Positions 1 through 10,636 of a stretch of DNA of 64,000 bases are shown in pieces. How positions within the stretch are numbered: the first letter of the stretch is position 1; the number at the start of each line of letters is the position of its first letter. The translations under genes were made by a program, and so were the position numbers. The stretch lies in assembly GCA_963664115.2 (NCBI GenBank), contig CAXWPJ010000012.1, positions 448,001-512,000 of the forward strand. Direction: 5' to 3'. This DNA comes from Terriglobia bacterium. Its GTDB lineage: Bacteria; Acidobacteriota; Terriglobia; 20CM-2-55-15. Under the pieces are notes generated by a model. The model saw nothing but the letters and a program-made list of their open reading frames with translations. It was not told the origin of the DNA and searched no databases.

Positions 1-594
1 GATCGGGTTCACACCCTCGGGAACGCGAAGCGAGTCCATCAGGTCGAGGACACCGTCGTCGGCGAAGCCGGACACGGGTCGTCCGGTGGCCGCATCAAGG
101 GCGATCAAGCGATAGCCGGGAGTGATGTAATAAATTCGCGCTTCGTTCCCGTTACCGCCATCCCAATATGCGACGCCGCGTCCGGAGTTGATCCGAGGCG
201 CGAGCGCTCCCCGTTCACCCTCGTCTGTCCGATAAACCCATAGCGTCTCTCCCGTCGCGGCCTCGATTGCCACGATGGCCCTGCGGGAGCCCGCAGTAGC
301 ATAGAGGACGCCACCGACCATGATGGGCGTGGTTCGGTAGTTGTTTTCGGGTACAGGACCGAAGTTACGGGCGGACCACTGCCAGGCGATTTCAAGCTCA
401 CCCACGTTGGAAGCATCGATCTGATCCAGGGGAGAGTATCGGGTACTGCCCAGGTCCCCTCCATACACCGGCCATTCACCTCGGGCGGGACCGACTTGCG
501 CACCAGAGTGAACCGCGGCCGCGAAGAGAAACAGAAACAGGACGATGCAATGCGTTGCAACGCGGCTTCGGTATTTGAGAGAAACTATCGTCAT
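1..594 (-). CDS. PQQ-dependent (glucose) dehydrogenase family quinoprotein, N-terminal part, runs off the window
   Basis: Translated by hand (not in ORF track): MTIVSLK..signal peptide..GEWPVYGGDLGSTRYSPLDQIDASNVGELEIAW..TTPIMVGGVLYATAG..IVAIEAATGETLW, typical PQQ-GDH N-terminus. Confidence 0.85.
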   Translation of the reverse strand, partial: MTIVSLKYRSRVATHCIVLFLFLFAAAVHSGAQVGPARGEWPVYGGDLGSTRYSPLDQIDASNVGELEIAWQWSARNFGPVPENNYRTTPIMVGGVLYATAGSRRAIVAIEAATGETLWVYRTDEGERGALAPRINSGRGVAYWDGGNGNEARIYYITPGYRLIALDAATGRPVSGFADDGVLDLMDSLRVPEGVNPI

Positions 595-725
595 AATTTG
601 CCCATAATAAGTTGAATATCTGATCACAACGGAAGTGATTACCATTCGCTGCTAACCGTACTCGATCGATCTGTAAGCGCTTGAACCTCTAGTCCGGACT
701 CCGTGCCATCGGGACAGTTCTTTCC

Positions 726-1673
726 CTATCGAAGCATACCCGAAAGGTCGTAAGCCGCCACTCTGTTCTCCTGCATGTGCGGCACGATCGCGAGTCCCGA
801 ATCTGCAATGAAACCGAGGTCCGCGGTTCCGGGTCCCAATTCGGCCAGGTCCCGCACGCTGCCGTCACTGTAAACCTGCATGACCTTTCCGGCCAGAAAG
901 TCGGTAATCACATACCCGCCCTGCCCATCGCTCTCGACACCATCAATATTTGCAAACGGCAAGGGAGTGATCAGGGTCTTTTCTTTCGTGGTCAGATCCA
1001 GCGCATAGAGCCGGCCCGGAACCTCTGTGCTGAAATCGGGGCCGGGTTCCCCCCAGCCACCCACGATCAGGCGATTGCCTTCGACGAGCAGGCCGTTCGG
1101 ATACTCGAGTTCTACGCCTTCGGCAAAGATTTCGACTGCACCGTCCCGGACCGCGTAAATGCTGCTCGCAGCCATGTCCGATACGTAAACAGTCCCGTCG
1201 TCTCCAATCGCAACATCGTTCAGGAACTGGGCGCTCTCCACGCTCAGGCGTGAAACAATCGCAGCGGTTTCGATGTCGATCCCGATGATCTCGTCGAGGT
1301 CCGCCGTCCAGAGGACTCCCTCGTGGCTCCTCAAGCCCTTCGGCGCATTCAACCCCGTGACCCAGGACTCTGACACCACATCCCCACCGAGGCTGAGCTG
1401 AACAATGCGTCCGTTTCCATCGCGCTGGGCCGGATCCCCGGCAATCTGGGATGAGAAGATGAAGCCCGAGTCCACGTCAACGTAAACGCTTTCGGGATTT
1501 TCAATGCCCGCAGTGGCTTCCCAGACGGGGATCAACCCAGAGGCAGTCGCAAGCGAATCGGGTTCGTCGACGGTCGGATCTTCACTCTCCGGTGCCGGCG
1601 CGCAGGCCGCCAGCAGGAGAATCAAACTGCTCAGGGTCAGATAGCGCACCCAGTACTCTGTTTTCAACACCAC
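726..1673 (-). CDS. SMP-30/gluconolactonase-like beta-propeller lipoprotein
   Basis: Lipobox LAAC; motifs NPESV, GLNAPKG, FLNDVA, YPNGL, NIDGVE. Confidence 0.75.
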   Translation of the reverse strand: MVLKTEYWVRYLTLSSLILLLAACAPAPESEDPTVDEPDSLATASGLIPVWEATAGIENPESVYVDVDSGFIFSSQIAGDPAQRDGNGRIVQLSLGGDVVSESWVTGLNAPKGLRSHEGVLWTADLDEIIGIDIETAAIVSRLSVESAQFLNDVAIGDDGTVYVSDMAASSIYAVRDGAVEIFAEGVELEYPNGLLVEGNRLIVGGWGEPGPDFSTEVPGRLYALDLTTKEKTLITPLPFANIDGVESDGQGGYVITDFLAGKVMQVYSDGSVRDLAELGPGTADLGFIADSGLAIVPHMQENRVAAYDLSGMLR

Positions 1674-1741
1674 AGTATCTCCTCTTTATTCAATCGTAGG
1701 CACTCACAGCGGGAACGCGACGCGAAGAATGCATTCTTCGT

Positions 1742-2557
1742 CTACTGATCCCCCTCGTAAGGGGCAGCCACTCCGACCAGTCCCGCACGCTCGATTGAAG
1801 ACATGACGAATCCCGAGGCTTGAATTTCAGAGACAAACTCTTCGACCGCCGCCCGCTTCGCCGCATCGCCTTTAGCGACGACAAACGACTGCTCGACCTC
1901 CATGAAACTGTCATCGAGAACCCTCAACTGGGAACCCGAAGCCGCCTCGGCATCGAGTGAACGCTGCCGATTGATCGCGAAAGCGTCCACCTCCCCGCTG
2001 GTCAAGAGCACCTCCAGCTCGGCCTGGGACGGAACAGTTTCAAAATAGCTGATCTCGGCGTCGTTCAACTGGCTGCTCACAAACAACTCCTGGGACTGCC
2101 CCCTAACGGCGCCTACCTTCACACCGGCGCGGTCGACGTCCGCGCTTGTTTCAAAGGCTGAGTCCACGGGCACCAGATAGCTGCTGAACATGACCAGGTA
2201 GGCCCCGGCATAATCCACTTCAAGTGCCCGGCTATCGTTATAGGCTAGAAACCCGATGTCGGCCTCACCACTCTCCATCGTGTCCATGAGGCCCCGAGCG
2301 TTTGGTGCGGAAATCATTCTGTAGGGCACGTCGAGTCTGTCTGCCAGTTCCTGAACCAGATCGGGCACCGTGCCTGTGGCGACTCCGGTTTGTGCGTCCG
2401 TCCGGCTCTGGACGGGATTGCTGCCAAGGTAAACCGCACGGAGTGTCCCCGTGGGCGCCAGGACCGGCAATGGTGTCTCTGTCTCGGCTGCCATACACCC
2501 GGCGGTCACAAGGCCTGAGAGCAGCCAGATTGCGGTGAGTTTGTTTGCATATCGCAT
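1742..2557 (-). CDS. ABC-type substrate-binding protein (family 3, amino-acid type)
   Basis: TAGC lipobox; LAPTGTLRA, GEADIGF, VGAVRG PBP2-type motifs. Confidence 0.75.
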   Translation of the reverse strand: MRYANKLTAIWLLSGLVTAGCMAAETETPLPVLAPTGTLRAVYLGSNPVQSRTDAQTGVATGTVPDLVQELADRLDVPYRMISAPNARGLMDTMESGEADIGFLAYNDSRALEVDYAGAYLVMFSSYLVPVDSAFETSADVDRAGVKVGAVRGQSQELFVSSQLNDAEISYFETVPSQAELEVLLTSGEVDAFAINRQRSLDAEAASGSQLRVLDDSFMEVEQSFVVAKGDAAKRAAVEEFVSEIQASGFVMSSIERAGLVGVAAPYEGDQ

Positions 2558-2794
2558 AATGAGATTATTCTACCGCATGCCTGTCGAATGCCCGCGGCAT
2601 CTATGTGTGGATCAAATATTTCTTTAGCTTTTGATGGGATACAGTACCGGACGGCGCGGCCCACATACGATGACTTTGCCGGGCGGGGCTCGAAGAACGC
2701 CTCAGAACCTCTGTGAGTTTCGATTCGCGTCTCATGTCGCAGTATCAGCAGTCGGGGGAAGGGAATGTCGGAGGGGAAAGGGAAAGAGCCGGGA

Positions 2795-3067
2795 CTACTT
2801 GCCGCTCTGGTCTGTTTCTTTCAGGACCTTGTGCTTGTACTTCGTGTCCTCGATCTGCTTGTCGAGGCCGACCTTCATACCCTTTTTTCGGGCGGCTTTA
2901 TAGTTCGCATCCCGAATACCCTCTGAACTCACAGCGAAACGCGACAGCGTCCGTTCAAGCTTCTCACTATTACACGACGGACACGTGGGAGCGTCTTTAG
3001 CCGGGGGGAGCACCAGGAACTCAAACTGGTTACCACACCCCTGACACTCGTATTCGTAGATCGGCAT
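2795..3067 (-). CDS. FmdB-family zinc-ribbon protein
   Basis: MPIYEYECQGCG..CPSCNS; start moved to ATG at 3067. Confidence 0.85.
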   Translation of the reverse strand: MPIYEYECQGCGNQFEFLVLPPAKDAPTCPSCNSEKLERTLSRFAVSSEGIRDANYKAARKKGMKVGLDKQIEDTKYKHKVLKETDQSGK

Positions 3068-3232
3068 CGCTTCACAATACATGCCGCCGGGGGGACCTTC
3101 AACACCCTGCTGTGGTCCCGGCGCCCGGCCTCTCAAGTCGAGAGCCAGGCGCAACCGGCGATCATACAGTTAAATTATATCTATTTTAAATACAATCATT
3201 TAATTTGTTATTCTAAAAGTTACACTTTATAT

Positions 3233-4591
3233 TTATTGATTAGGACTTGTAGCGAAATATCCGGGTATGCCGGCTTTTGTCGCCCGGAGTATTTCTATGA
3301 TGGCCTGTCTGTCTTCGGGCGACAGCCGGTCATATTTCGGGTCATCATCCATGCCGGAGAGCACCTGCCAGAGCCGCGCGTAGATGGCATTTCTGGCTTC
3401 CACAGGAAGGCCATCAAACACATGGGTATAGATCATGTAGCTGAGCGGGTAGCGCATCAACCGCCGCCCGAGGTCAAACTGACGCAGAGATCGGCCCAGA
3501 CTGTCCCGGGGACCCCGGTTTTCGAACTGTACTGAAAATCCGGAACTCCCGGTAACGGGAAACTGGAGCTCGGCTTCATCAACGAACAACATGTAGTCCA
3601 CCACCTCATCCAGCGCATCCTCCAGATCGATCAGGTTGAGAACGCTCGAGGCCCGATCCCCTGCCACAGCGCTTCGCAAGGTATAGCGTACTTCCCAGCC
3701 ATAACGCGTCAAGAGGTTGATCATGTGCATCTGATGTTCGAAAACCATTAGCGCAACGATGTCGCTGGAGGGAACCAGATAGGCCCCGTCATCGACACGC
3801 CCCGCGATGGAACCCAGCGTCAGTTCCTGATTGTCGCGGATGGATTCTTCATTCTGCGGGTCGGTAATCACACCATTCCCGAGATGGCGTACGCCGCCGT
3901 GGCGCCCCGTAACGTAAAATCCGCCCCATCGCTCTTCGAAGGGGCTCTCATGGTTGATCAGAAAATTGCCGAGCTGGGGATTGATTCTCCCGTCCGGTGA
4001 CGGCATGACGCTGCGGACGAGCATTCCCGGAACGCCGAGGCTGTTAATGGAATCGTGGCATCTCAGACAGAGCTGATCCTGTCTGGAGAAAGCGGGAACC
4101 TGCGGCGGTCTCTGCTGCTCAATCGTGTAGAAGATCACGCCCTTCTCCGAATCCACCGAAGCCACCTCGAGCAGCGGTGCGCCCCGGATCGCAGCCACGA
4201 CGACGGTGTCACTGAAGTACACCAGGCGGGGGTTGTCGGGCTGTATATAGGGACTCTGGAGGCTGTTCTTCGAAAACAACGCCACCGGGGATTCTATGGC
4301 GATGTCCAGGGCTTCCAGGACCGACTCAAGATAGCCCAGGGGTCCGTTGGACCGCAGCGCGACAGCCCCGTCCCGGAGATTGAGGTTCAGTTCTGCCACC
4401 GGATCTGCGGGCTGACCGTAATAGTCAATTACCGGGTGACTGGCTCGGGGAGAGAACATAGTCCGGTCGAGTTGAGCCGTGAACGCAGCCGAAACGGCGG
4501 CAACGATAGTCACCACGGCCACCACGATCACGCAGGCAACTCGGGCAGGGCTGATCACAGTCCGATAATTCCCTCTCAGGTTTCGTGTCAT
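3233..4591 (-). CDS. Secreted monoheme cytochrome c domain protein
   Basis: N-terminal hydrophobic helix, single CLRCH, conserved RWGGFYVTG and SLRQFDL segments. Confidence 0.6.
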   Translation of the reverse strand: MTRNLRGNYRTVISPARVACVIVVAVVTIVAAVSAAFTAQLDRTMFSPRASHPVIDYYGQPADPVAELNLNLRDGAVALRSNGPLGYLESVLEALDIAIESPVALFSKNSLQSPYIQPDNPRLVYFSDTVVVAAIRGAPLLEVASVDSEKGVIFYTIEQQRPPQVPAFSRQDQLCLRCHDSINSLGVPGMLVRSVMPSPDGRINPQLGNFLINHESPFEERWGGFYVTGRHGGVRHLGNGVITDPQNEESIRDNQELTLGSIAGRVDDGAYLVPSSDIVALMVFEHQMHMINLLTRYGWEVRYTLRSAVAGDRASSVLNLIDLEDALDEVVDYMLFVDEAELQFPVTGSSGFSVQFENRGPRDSLGRSLRQFDLGRRLMRYPLSYMIYTHVFDGLPVEARNAIYARLWQVLSGMDDDPKYDRLSPEDRQAIIEILRATKAGIPGYFATSPNQ

Positions 4592-4660
4592 TAATGTTGC
4601 CGCTGGGACCTCAACCGCAATATCCTATCCGAACTCAAGCAATCCAAGGAGCCCAGCACA

Positions 4661-5551
4661 ATGCATCCAACTTTTACGAATCGCCTCTTCACGACAATGC
4701 AAGTACTCGCGCTGGCGTATATGCTCGGTCCGAGTGCGCTGGCACAGGACCTTCCCGAACACAAAGACATTGTATACGGGACGGTAGACGGCAAGGAACT
4801 CGGACTGGACATCTACCTGCCTTCAAACGTGAGCTCGCCTCCGCTCGTGGTCTGGGTGCACGGTGGGCGGTGGATGAATGGCTCCAAGGAGCGCGGCGTT
4901 CCGATGCAGTTCGTCGACGCCGGTTTCGCTGTTGCGGGCCTGGATTTCCGGCAATCGACGGAAGCGCGGTTTCCGGCGATGGTTCACGACATCAAGGGTG
5001 CGGTCCGATTTCTTCGGGCACACAGCGATGCCTACGGTTATAACAGCGACCGGATCGCCATTGCCGGGTCGTCTTCAGGAGCGCACCTGGCAACACTGGT
5101 TGGCGTCACGAACGACCACAGCGAGCTGGAAGGTACGGTGGGGGGCAATGAGAGCACGTCCTCCAACGTTCAGGCCATCATCAGCTACTACGGTGCTTCC
5201 GATCTGACGACGATTCTCGAGCAATCGACGCCGTATGGCGTTGGCGTGCGTGAACCCGCTCTCGAAGTGCTGCTGGGCGCGGTTCCCGAAGCGGCCCCCA
5301 AATTGGCCGAACTGGCAAGCCCCGTCACTCACGTCGACCGCGCCGATCCCCCGCTGCTCCTACTGCACGGCGACAGGGACCCCCAGATGCCTATCAACCA
5401 GGCGCATCAGCTTGAGGGCGTCTACGAAGCACTGGGTCTGGACGTCTATTTCGATGTCGTCCATGGATCGGCGCACGGCGGCCCTGGATTCTATACGCCC
5501 GAGCATCTGGATCGCGCGATTGCCTTTCTGGAACGCACGATTGGTCACTAG
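4661..5551 (+). CDS. Alpha/beta hydrolase (esterase/lipase)
   Basis: HGG, GSSSG nucleophile elbow, HGDRD, signal peptide; the TAG stop lies in the IS target site. Confidence 0.85.
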   Translation: MHPTFTNRLFTTMQVLALAYMLGPSALAQDLPEHKDIVYGTVDGKELGLDIYLPSNVSSPPLVVWVHGGRWMNGSKERGVPMQFVDAGFAVAGLDFRQSTEARFPAMVHDIKGAVRFLRAHSDAYGYNSDRIAIAGSSSGAHLATLVGVTNDHSELEGTVGGNESTSSNVQAIISYYGASDLTTILEQSTPYGVGVREPALEVLLGAVPEAAPKLAELASPVTHVDRADPPLLLLHGDRDPQMPINQAHQLEGVYEALGLDVYFDVVHGSAHGGPGFYTPEHLDRAIAFLERTIGH

Positions 5552-5552
5552 T

Positions 5553-7399
5553 CCCAAAACAAGCGCATAACCAGTCCGCCGAGGCCCAGTTCGCGCCGAT
5601 AGAATTCGAGGCATAGAATCCCGTTCCCGGATGGCCTGTTCCAGGTATCGAGTTTCTGTTGAATCTGTTTCAGTTCAGCCTCGCTGGTGTTGGACGGTTG
5701 ACAGAAACCGGGACCTCGATCGCCCGGGCTCAGAGTCATGATCGGGTCAACATCGCAGAGGCTGACGCAACACATCCACCCCGCGGAACAAGACCGGCAA
5801 CCACCGGTTCCAGGCCAGGATCCGGAACAGAATGCGCCGCCCGGTGCGCACGAGTTGGCACGGCACAAGCATGAAAGCGTTCAAGAAGGTTTTGAACTCC
5901 ATGCGCAGCACGGTTTGCTTCTCAGCCTGATATTTTTGGCCCCAACGTCCGGTTTCGGGAAGCAGCAATGCAAACCACGCTTTCAGTGTCCAGGCCAGTG
6001 ACGCGATCACCATGTAGGCCCAGTTGCTGGTCTGATCTCCGACCGGCATCCGCAACGCCTGAACGCCGTTCTTCAACTGCTCAATGAGATTCTCCTGATT
6101 GCACCGTTGATTGGCACGCATCACAATCTGGTCGGCCGGATCCGAACGGTTGGTAATGTAGAAGAAGTACCGGATGTCGTCAAACAACACCTGCTCTCCT
6201 TTGGCCACCGACAGATTCTTCCGCACCACGACGACACGGTAGTCCCGATCGCAGGCTCCGGGTCGATACCGAAACTCGGCCACATCCTCACCCTGCAAGC
6301 GGATATTGTCGAAACCGCGCTGCCGAACGATCTCTTCCTTCACGTTGTCGGGACGTTGGCGCGGTTCGGTCGCCACGTCGTATTTCGCGGGCCGTTCCAG
6401 GCGCTTCCACTGGCGCGGCTCCAGTTCATCGGCCCGGGCCTTCAGGTTCGCCATCGCGTCAATCCCGAATATGAAACCCACCTGCTGGTCGTCCCATCCG
6501 TCCAGATGCCGGGTCTGGCTGAAGTCCGTGTCCCCGCGCAGCAGGATCTGGCGAAACCCCGCATGCCGGCACAATGCGATGGCTTGGTCGAACCGGACCG
6601 CGGCTCCTTCATGCGACGGCCGGTTGCCGCTACGATTGACCAGATACAGCGGTTCGGCGGTGTTGGCCAGCGAGATCATCAGCGGGTGATATCCCCACGT
6701 CCCGTCGTAGGCCACGTCCATCCCTTGCTTGCATTCCCCCGTGGTTTCGGCCAGTGTCCCGTCCGCGTCCAACACCGCTTCTTCGAAAAACGCCGCCGGT
6801 TGCTGTCGCCAGACTCCGAGCCGGACTTGATTGGTTGCCTCCATCAGACACTCCACGTCGTCGGCCTCGAATCTCCGGCAGAAGTCTCCCGCCGTCGTCG
6901 GATCCGGAATCCGTTGCGCTCCCAGCGCATCCAGATACACCGCATCGTTGCGCCGCAGTTCGATGTCTTCCAGGCACGTTCCTCCGCTCAAGGCGTTGTA
7001 GGCGATGTTCAGCACGTGATCCGACTCGTGATACGGCAGGTGCCGCTTCAACACATGCACGCCCTTGTCGATGGCTTCGATCAGCCCGGTCCGCCGCGCC
7101 ACCAGTTGCATCGTCCCGATACCACCAACCGATGTGCCCCGCGTCCGCTCTCCCATCTCGTACTGAATGTTGCTCGCCGAAAACATCGGCTCTACCTGAT
7201 CCGTCCAATGCCGGTCCCCAAGCCGACGTTCGATTCGCCGCTTGCGGTTCCTCATGTTCTTGCGCGTATAATCGTTCATCTGAAATGCCTCCTTTTCCGA
7301 AGAATCTGTTCAAGGTTTTTTTCGCACGGAGAGGGGGCATTTCGGGTACTTCCGCTCTTATTGCACTATCATTTCCTCGTCAATCACGCTTGTTCAGGG
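5553..7399 (-). mobile_element. IS1380-family insertion sequence, copy 1 (1847 bp)
   Basis: Terminal IRs CCCAAAACAAGCG / CGCTTGTTCAGGG; 6-bp duplication ACTAGT at 5547-5552 and 7400-7405; matches the copy at 50146. Confidence 0.9.
5747..7279 (-). CDS. IS1380-family DDE transposase
   Basis: 510 aa; LDADGT, YHPL, LRGDTDF, ENLIEQLK motifs. Confidence 0.9.
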   Translation of the reverse strand: MNDYTRKNMRNRKRRIERRLGDRHWTDQVEPMFSASNIQYEMGERTRGTSVGGIGTMQLVARRTGLIEAIDKGVHVLKRHLPYHESDHVLNIAYNALSGGTCLEDIELRRNDAVYLDALGAQRIPDPTTAGDFCRRFEADDVECLMEATNQVRLGVWRQQPAAFFEEAVLDADGTLAETTGECKQGMDVAYDGTWGYHPLMISLANTAEPLYLVNRSGNRPSHEGAAVRFDQAIALCRHAGFRQILLRGDTDFSQTRHLDGWDDQQVGFIFGIDAMANLKARADELEPRQWKRLERPAKYDVATEPRQRPDNVKEEIVRQRGFDNIRLQGEDVAEFRYRPGACDRDYRVVVVRKNLSVAKGEQVLFDDIRYFFYITNRSDPADQIVMRANQRCNQENLIEQLKNGVQALRMPVGDQTSNWAYMVIASLAWTLKAWFALLLPETGRWGQKYQAEKQTVLRMEFKTFLNAFMLVPCQLVRTGRRILFRILAWNRWLPVLFRGVDVLRQPLRC

Positions 7400-7475
7400 A
7401 CTAGTGAGACCCAAGCCCGAAAACCCATCGTTGCGGTTTGGAACCGGGCGCTAAGCCATAGCAGCAGGAGGCAAG

Positions 7476-8450
7476 ATGCGAGTCTGGGGTTACGGTGTGT
7501 TTGCGGTTTTTTTGTTAATCCTTGCCGGTTGCGCCGCTGCGCCAGTGGAAGAAGCACCGCTTGCGGCCCAACCCGCTGACGAAGCACCGGCAATGCCCGG
7601 GTTGGCCGCACGCGGGCTCACCGGAGATGAATTTCCCCGCGTCCGTGAACTGGCCGAAAATGTTTACGTTTATGAAACTCTTGGAAGGAACTACGGAACC
7701 AACAGCCTCATCGTCGTTACCTCCGACGGGGTACTTGTTGCGGACGGACTGGGCAACCCCTCGGCTGTAACGGGACTGGTTGAAGCGATCGAGGGACTGA
7801 CGGACCAGGCGGTCCGCTACGTTGTTGTGGCATCGGAACACGGCGATCACACGGGCGGCAATTCCGCGTTTCCGGACGGGACCACCTTCATCGCCCATCC
7901 GAACTCCCAGGCCGCCCTCGAGGCCCAGGCTGATTCTCCGGACCGGGATGGGGACGCCCCACCCATCATCGTGCCGACAGAAGCAGTCTCCGACAGCCGG
8001 ACCCTCAGGCTCGGAGACACCGAAATCCAGATCCTCCACCTTGGACGCGCTCACACCGGTTGCGACTTGATGGTTTATCTACCCGCAACCGGCGTACTGT
8101 TCATGAGTGAGTCGTTCTTCAGCGGACAGTTTCCCGCCCTCAGGACCGGATTTGCGGCGGAGTGGATAGCAGCGCTCGAACAGGCCGAAGCCATGGATGT
8201 GAGCTACTACGTTCCCGGTCACGGTTTTGTCGACGACGCCGAAACACTGGCCGACGATGTGCCTGAGTTCAGAATGGCGATTGAAGCGGTCCTGGCCGAA
8301 GCAACCCGGCTCTACGACCCTGAAGGAACGGCGGAGGCTGCCTTTGGGGAAGCGGACTTCGGCGACGCAGCCGAGCGTGGAACGTTCGGCCTGTTCGCTC
8401 CACTGGCCTTTGCCCGCGTATGGGAAGAGGTCGCCGGAAACATTGATTGA
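7476..8450 (+). CDS. MBL-fold metallo-hydrolase lipoprotein (cyclase-like)
   Basis: LAGC lipobox; SEHGDHTGGN, AHTGCD, VPGHG. Confidence 0.8.
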   Translation: MRVWGYGVFAVFLLILAGCAAAPVEEAPLAAQPADEAPAMPGLAARGLTGDEFPRVRELAENVYVYETLGRNYGTNSLIVVTSDGVLVADGLGNPSAVTGLVEAIEGLTDQAVRYVVVASEHGDHTGGNSAFPDGTTFIAHPNSQAALEAQADSPDRDGDAPPIIVPTEAVSDSRTLRLGDTEIQILHLGRAHTGCDLMVYLPATGVLFMSESFFSGQFPALRTGFAAEWIAALEQAEAMDVSYYVPGHGFVDDAETLADDVPEFRMAIEAVLAEATRLYDPEGTAEAAFGEADFGDAAERGTFGLFAPLAFARVWEEVAGNID

Positions 8451-8474
8451 TCCTAAACTTCAGTGGCGCGCAAT

Positions 8475-9221
8475 CTAACGCGGCAAGATTTCAGGAGGCA
8501 GGTTGGTCTCCGGCAAAGCGTTTCCCCGGTGGCAGGTCCAGCAGGACAGCACACCGACCCTCCCCAGGTACTCGCTTTCCAAGCCCTCTTGAATTTCGAA
8601 CATCCGGCGCGAAAGCAACTTCATCAACTTGGCATCGTCGGCCCAGTCACCCTGAACATGACAATAGTCACAGCCCACGCCCAGGTCGCGGCTATAAGCT
8701 TCCATGATCTGGCGAAGCCCATTGGCCGGGACATCCCTGTAGTTTCGAATGTCGCCATAGACTTCCCCCGATAAACGACTCTCGCTTGAAAACTGCGCCC
8801 CGCCTACCGCCGGGATGACTGGAAGGGGCCCAATCGCGGGTTCAGTTTCTGGTGTCGGCGAACCCCGATGGCAAGTCCAGCAGCTCGGCGCTTCCAGTAC
8901 CTCGAAATAGCTCTCGCTTGCGCCCACGACCATACGGATCATTTCCCGGGCAACTCCCTTCAGGGGATTGGCGTCCGAAGCCCGGTCAACCGGGTCGTGA
9001 CAGTATTCGCACCCGACGCCGAGAGAGACACTCATGGCCTCCATGATCTGTTGCAATTGCTCGGGTGGGGCATCCATGAGGATCTGAACGTTCTGATACC
9101 CCGACTCCCCAAGGATCGGTCCCTGCTGCCCGAAGCTTGCTCGAGGACCCTCGGCGACAACCAGGACCACGGAAAAAGCAATGACAACAGCTGTGGGCCA
9201 GAAGAGCTTTCTTAATTGCAT
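8475..9221 (-). CDS. Tetraheme cytochrome c, reaction-centre cytochrome (PufC)-like
   Basis: Four CxxCH motifs (CEYCH, CWTCH, CDYCH, CWTCH) in two repeats with YQNVQIL and M..SLGVGC. Confidence 0.8.
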   Translation of the reverse strand: MQLRKLFWPTAVVIAFSVVLVVAEGPRASFGQQGPILGESGYQNVQILMDAPPEQLQQIMEAMSVSLGVGCEYCHDPVDRASDANPLKGVAREMIRMVVGASESYFEVLEAPSCWTCHRGSPTPETEPAIGPLPVIPAVGGAQFSSESRLSGEVYGDIRNYRDVPANGLRQIMEAYSRDLGVGCDYCHVQGDWADDAKLMKLLSRRMFEIQEGLESEYLGRVGVLSCWTCHRGNALPETNLPPEILPR

Positions 9222-9260
9222 ACAACCCGTTGGAATCGACCCGGCACTGAAAACACCGTG

Positions 9261-10103
9261 TTACTGCTCCATCGCATGTAGCTTCCACAGGGACCACGGG
9301 CGCTCGTAGCCCAGACCTTCGCCCGCTTCATCCAGAAAGGCCTCGGTTTCCTCCATATTGATATACGTGATATCGCCTCCCAGGCTCATGGCCTGCGTTT
9401 GCAATCGCGCATTGATTTCCAGATAAATGCTCCGACCTACGGCAAACTTCACGTTGACACCCACAACGGAGACTCCGTGTCCTCGCATGAGGACTGCAGG
9501 CCGGTCAGCCAGAGTCTCGGCCAGGGCGCGACCGCGCATCTGATCGCTCACCAACATATGCGTCCCACCGAAAATGTCGCGAATGTCGAACACCGGAATG
9601 CCTTCACCGATAAATGAACTCATGTGATAGATCGGACGAAGCGGCACCGAGCTCACACTGAAAGGAACGACAGCGGGCGAGTGATTGTGTGAAATCGCCT
9701 GCACTTCAGGCCGGGCCTTGTAAATCTCGGAATGAATAAAGCGCTCCAGATACTGCCCGGATTCGCCCAGGTTGATAGGATTCGCTTCGAGATCGTATTC
9801 AACGATGTCATCGGCTGTCACAAGCTCGGGCGCAACCCCCCCCGCGAGCAAAAACCGTTCGGGGTTTGCGTTATGCCGGACGCTGACATGACCGAAGCCA
9901 TCAACGATCCCTTCCTGCGAGAGAATTCGATTGGCCAGGACCAAATCCTCAAGAAGTACGGGATCGGGTGGTCCTGCCGAAACCGGCTCCTGTGCGGCCT
10001 CTGTCCGGAATAAGGCACCCAGAGCAGTCAGTGCCAGAATTAAAATCAATCCACTTAGAACCCATCGTGTTGTCGTCTCGTTGCCCGTCGAGTTGTCTTT
10101 CAT
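9261..10103 (-). CDS. Class II aldolase/adducin family protein
   Basis: GHVSVR, ERFIHSEIY, HNHS, LMRGHG. Confidence 0.85.
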   Translation of the reverse strand: MKDNSTGNETTTRWVLSGLILILALTALGALFRTEAAQEPVSAGPPDPVLLEDLVLANRILSQEGIVDGFGHVSVRHNANPERFLLAGGVAPELVTADDIVEYDLEANPINLGESGQYLERFIHSEIYKARPEVQAISHNHSPAVVPFSVSSVPLRPIYHMSSFIGEGIPVFDIRDIFGGTHMLVSDQMRGRALAETLADRPAVLMRGHGVSVVGVNVKFAVGRSIYLEINARLQTQAMSLGGDITYINMEETEAFLDEAGEGLGYERPWSLWKLHAMEQ

Positions 10104-10636
10104 TGTTTCTCATCTCCAATCTGTACCCATGCATCGAACAGATGCCGCAACTGCGCAGTGCCGGGTTCACCAGAAACAGCTCAGCTCAGGGGGAAACTAT
10201 ACTGCAAGACGAACCCCGATTCCGCCGCTTTTCCGGCCGGAACCGCACGCGGACAAATAAGAGATAGACGCCTCCGTCGGATGTCGCCCACCTCGGTGAT
10301 CACAGGTAGCGACTTCGGGACAGCGCACTCCCAAATATCATGATCCCGAACAGAGATGAAATAATTCCAAACACGAATTAAGAATCGACACGCGCCCCAC
10401 TATCGCCGTCGCTGGTATGTTTCTGCCATGACCCGCATGACGGGTCCTCGGGCATCGAGATACTTTCTGCGTGTTTGAGCAGGATACTCATCAAGCTTGA
10501 CACTTCAACTTGACCGCAAACGACAGTTACAGAGCCTTCCCTTTCTTCATTAACAGTCGGAGAGTTTTAACTTATGCATTCCCTAAGAATGCACTATGAT
10601 TCATTCGAGACCGGGTGGATTTGGAGGGAATGCATC

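Noticed and set aside
3160-3240. Very AT-rich patch as an origin or foreign DNA
   Set aside because: Short, with no DnaA boxes or iterons seen; most simply a promoter region for the FmdB-family gene.
6107-7579. Long plus-strand ORFs (490 aa here, 557 aa at 50700)
   Set aside because: Antisense shadows of the IS1380 transposase; their ends differ with the flanking DNA.
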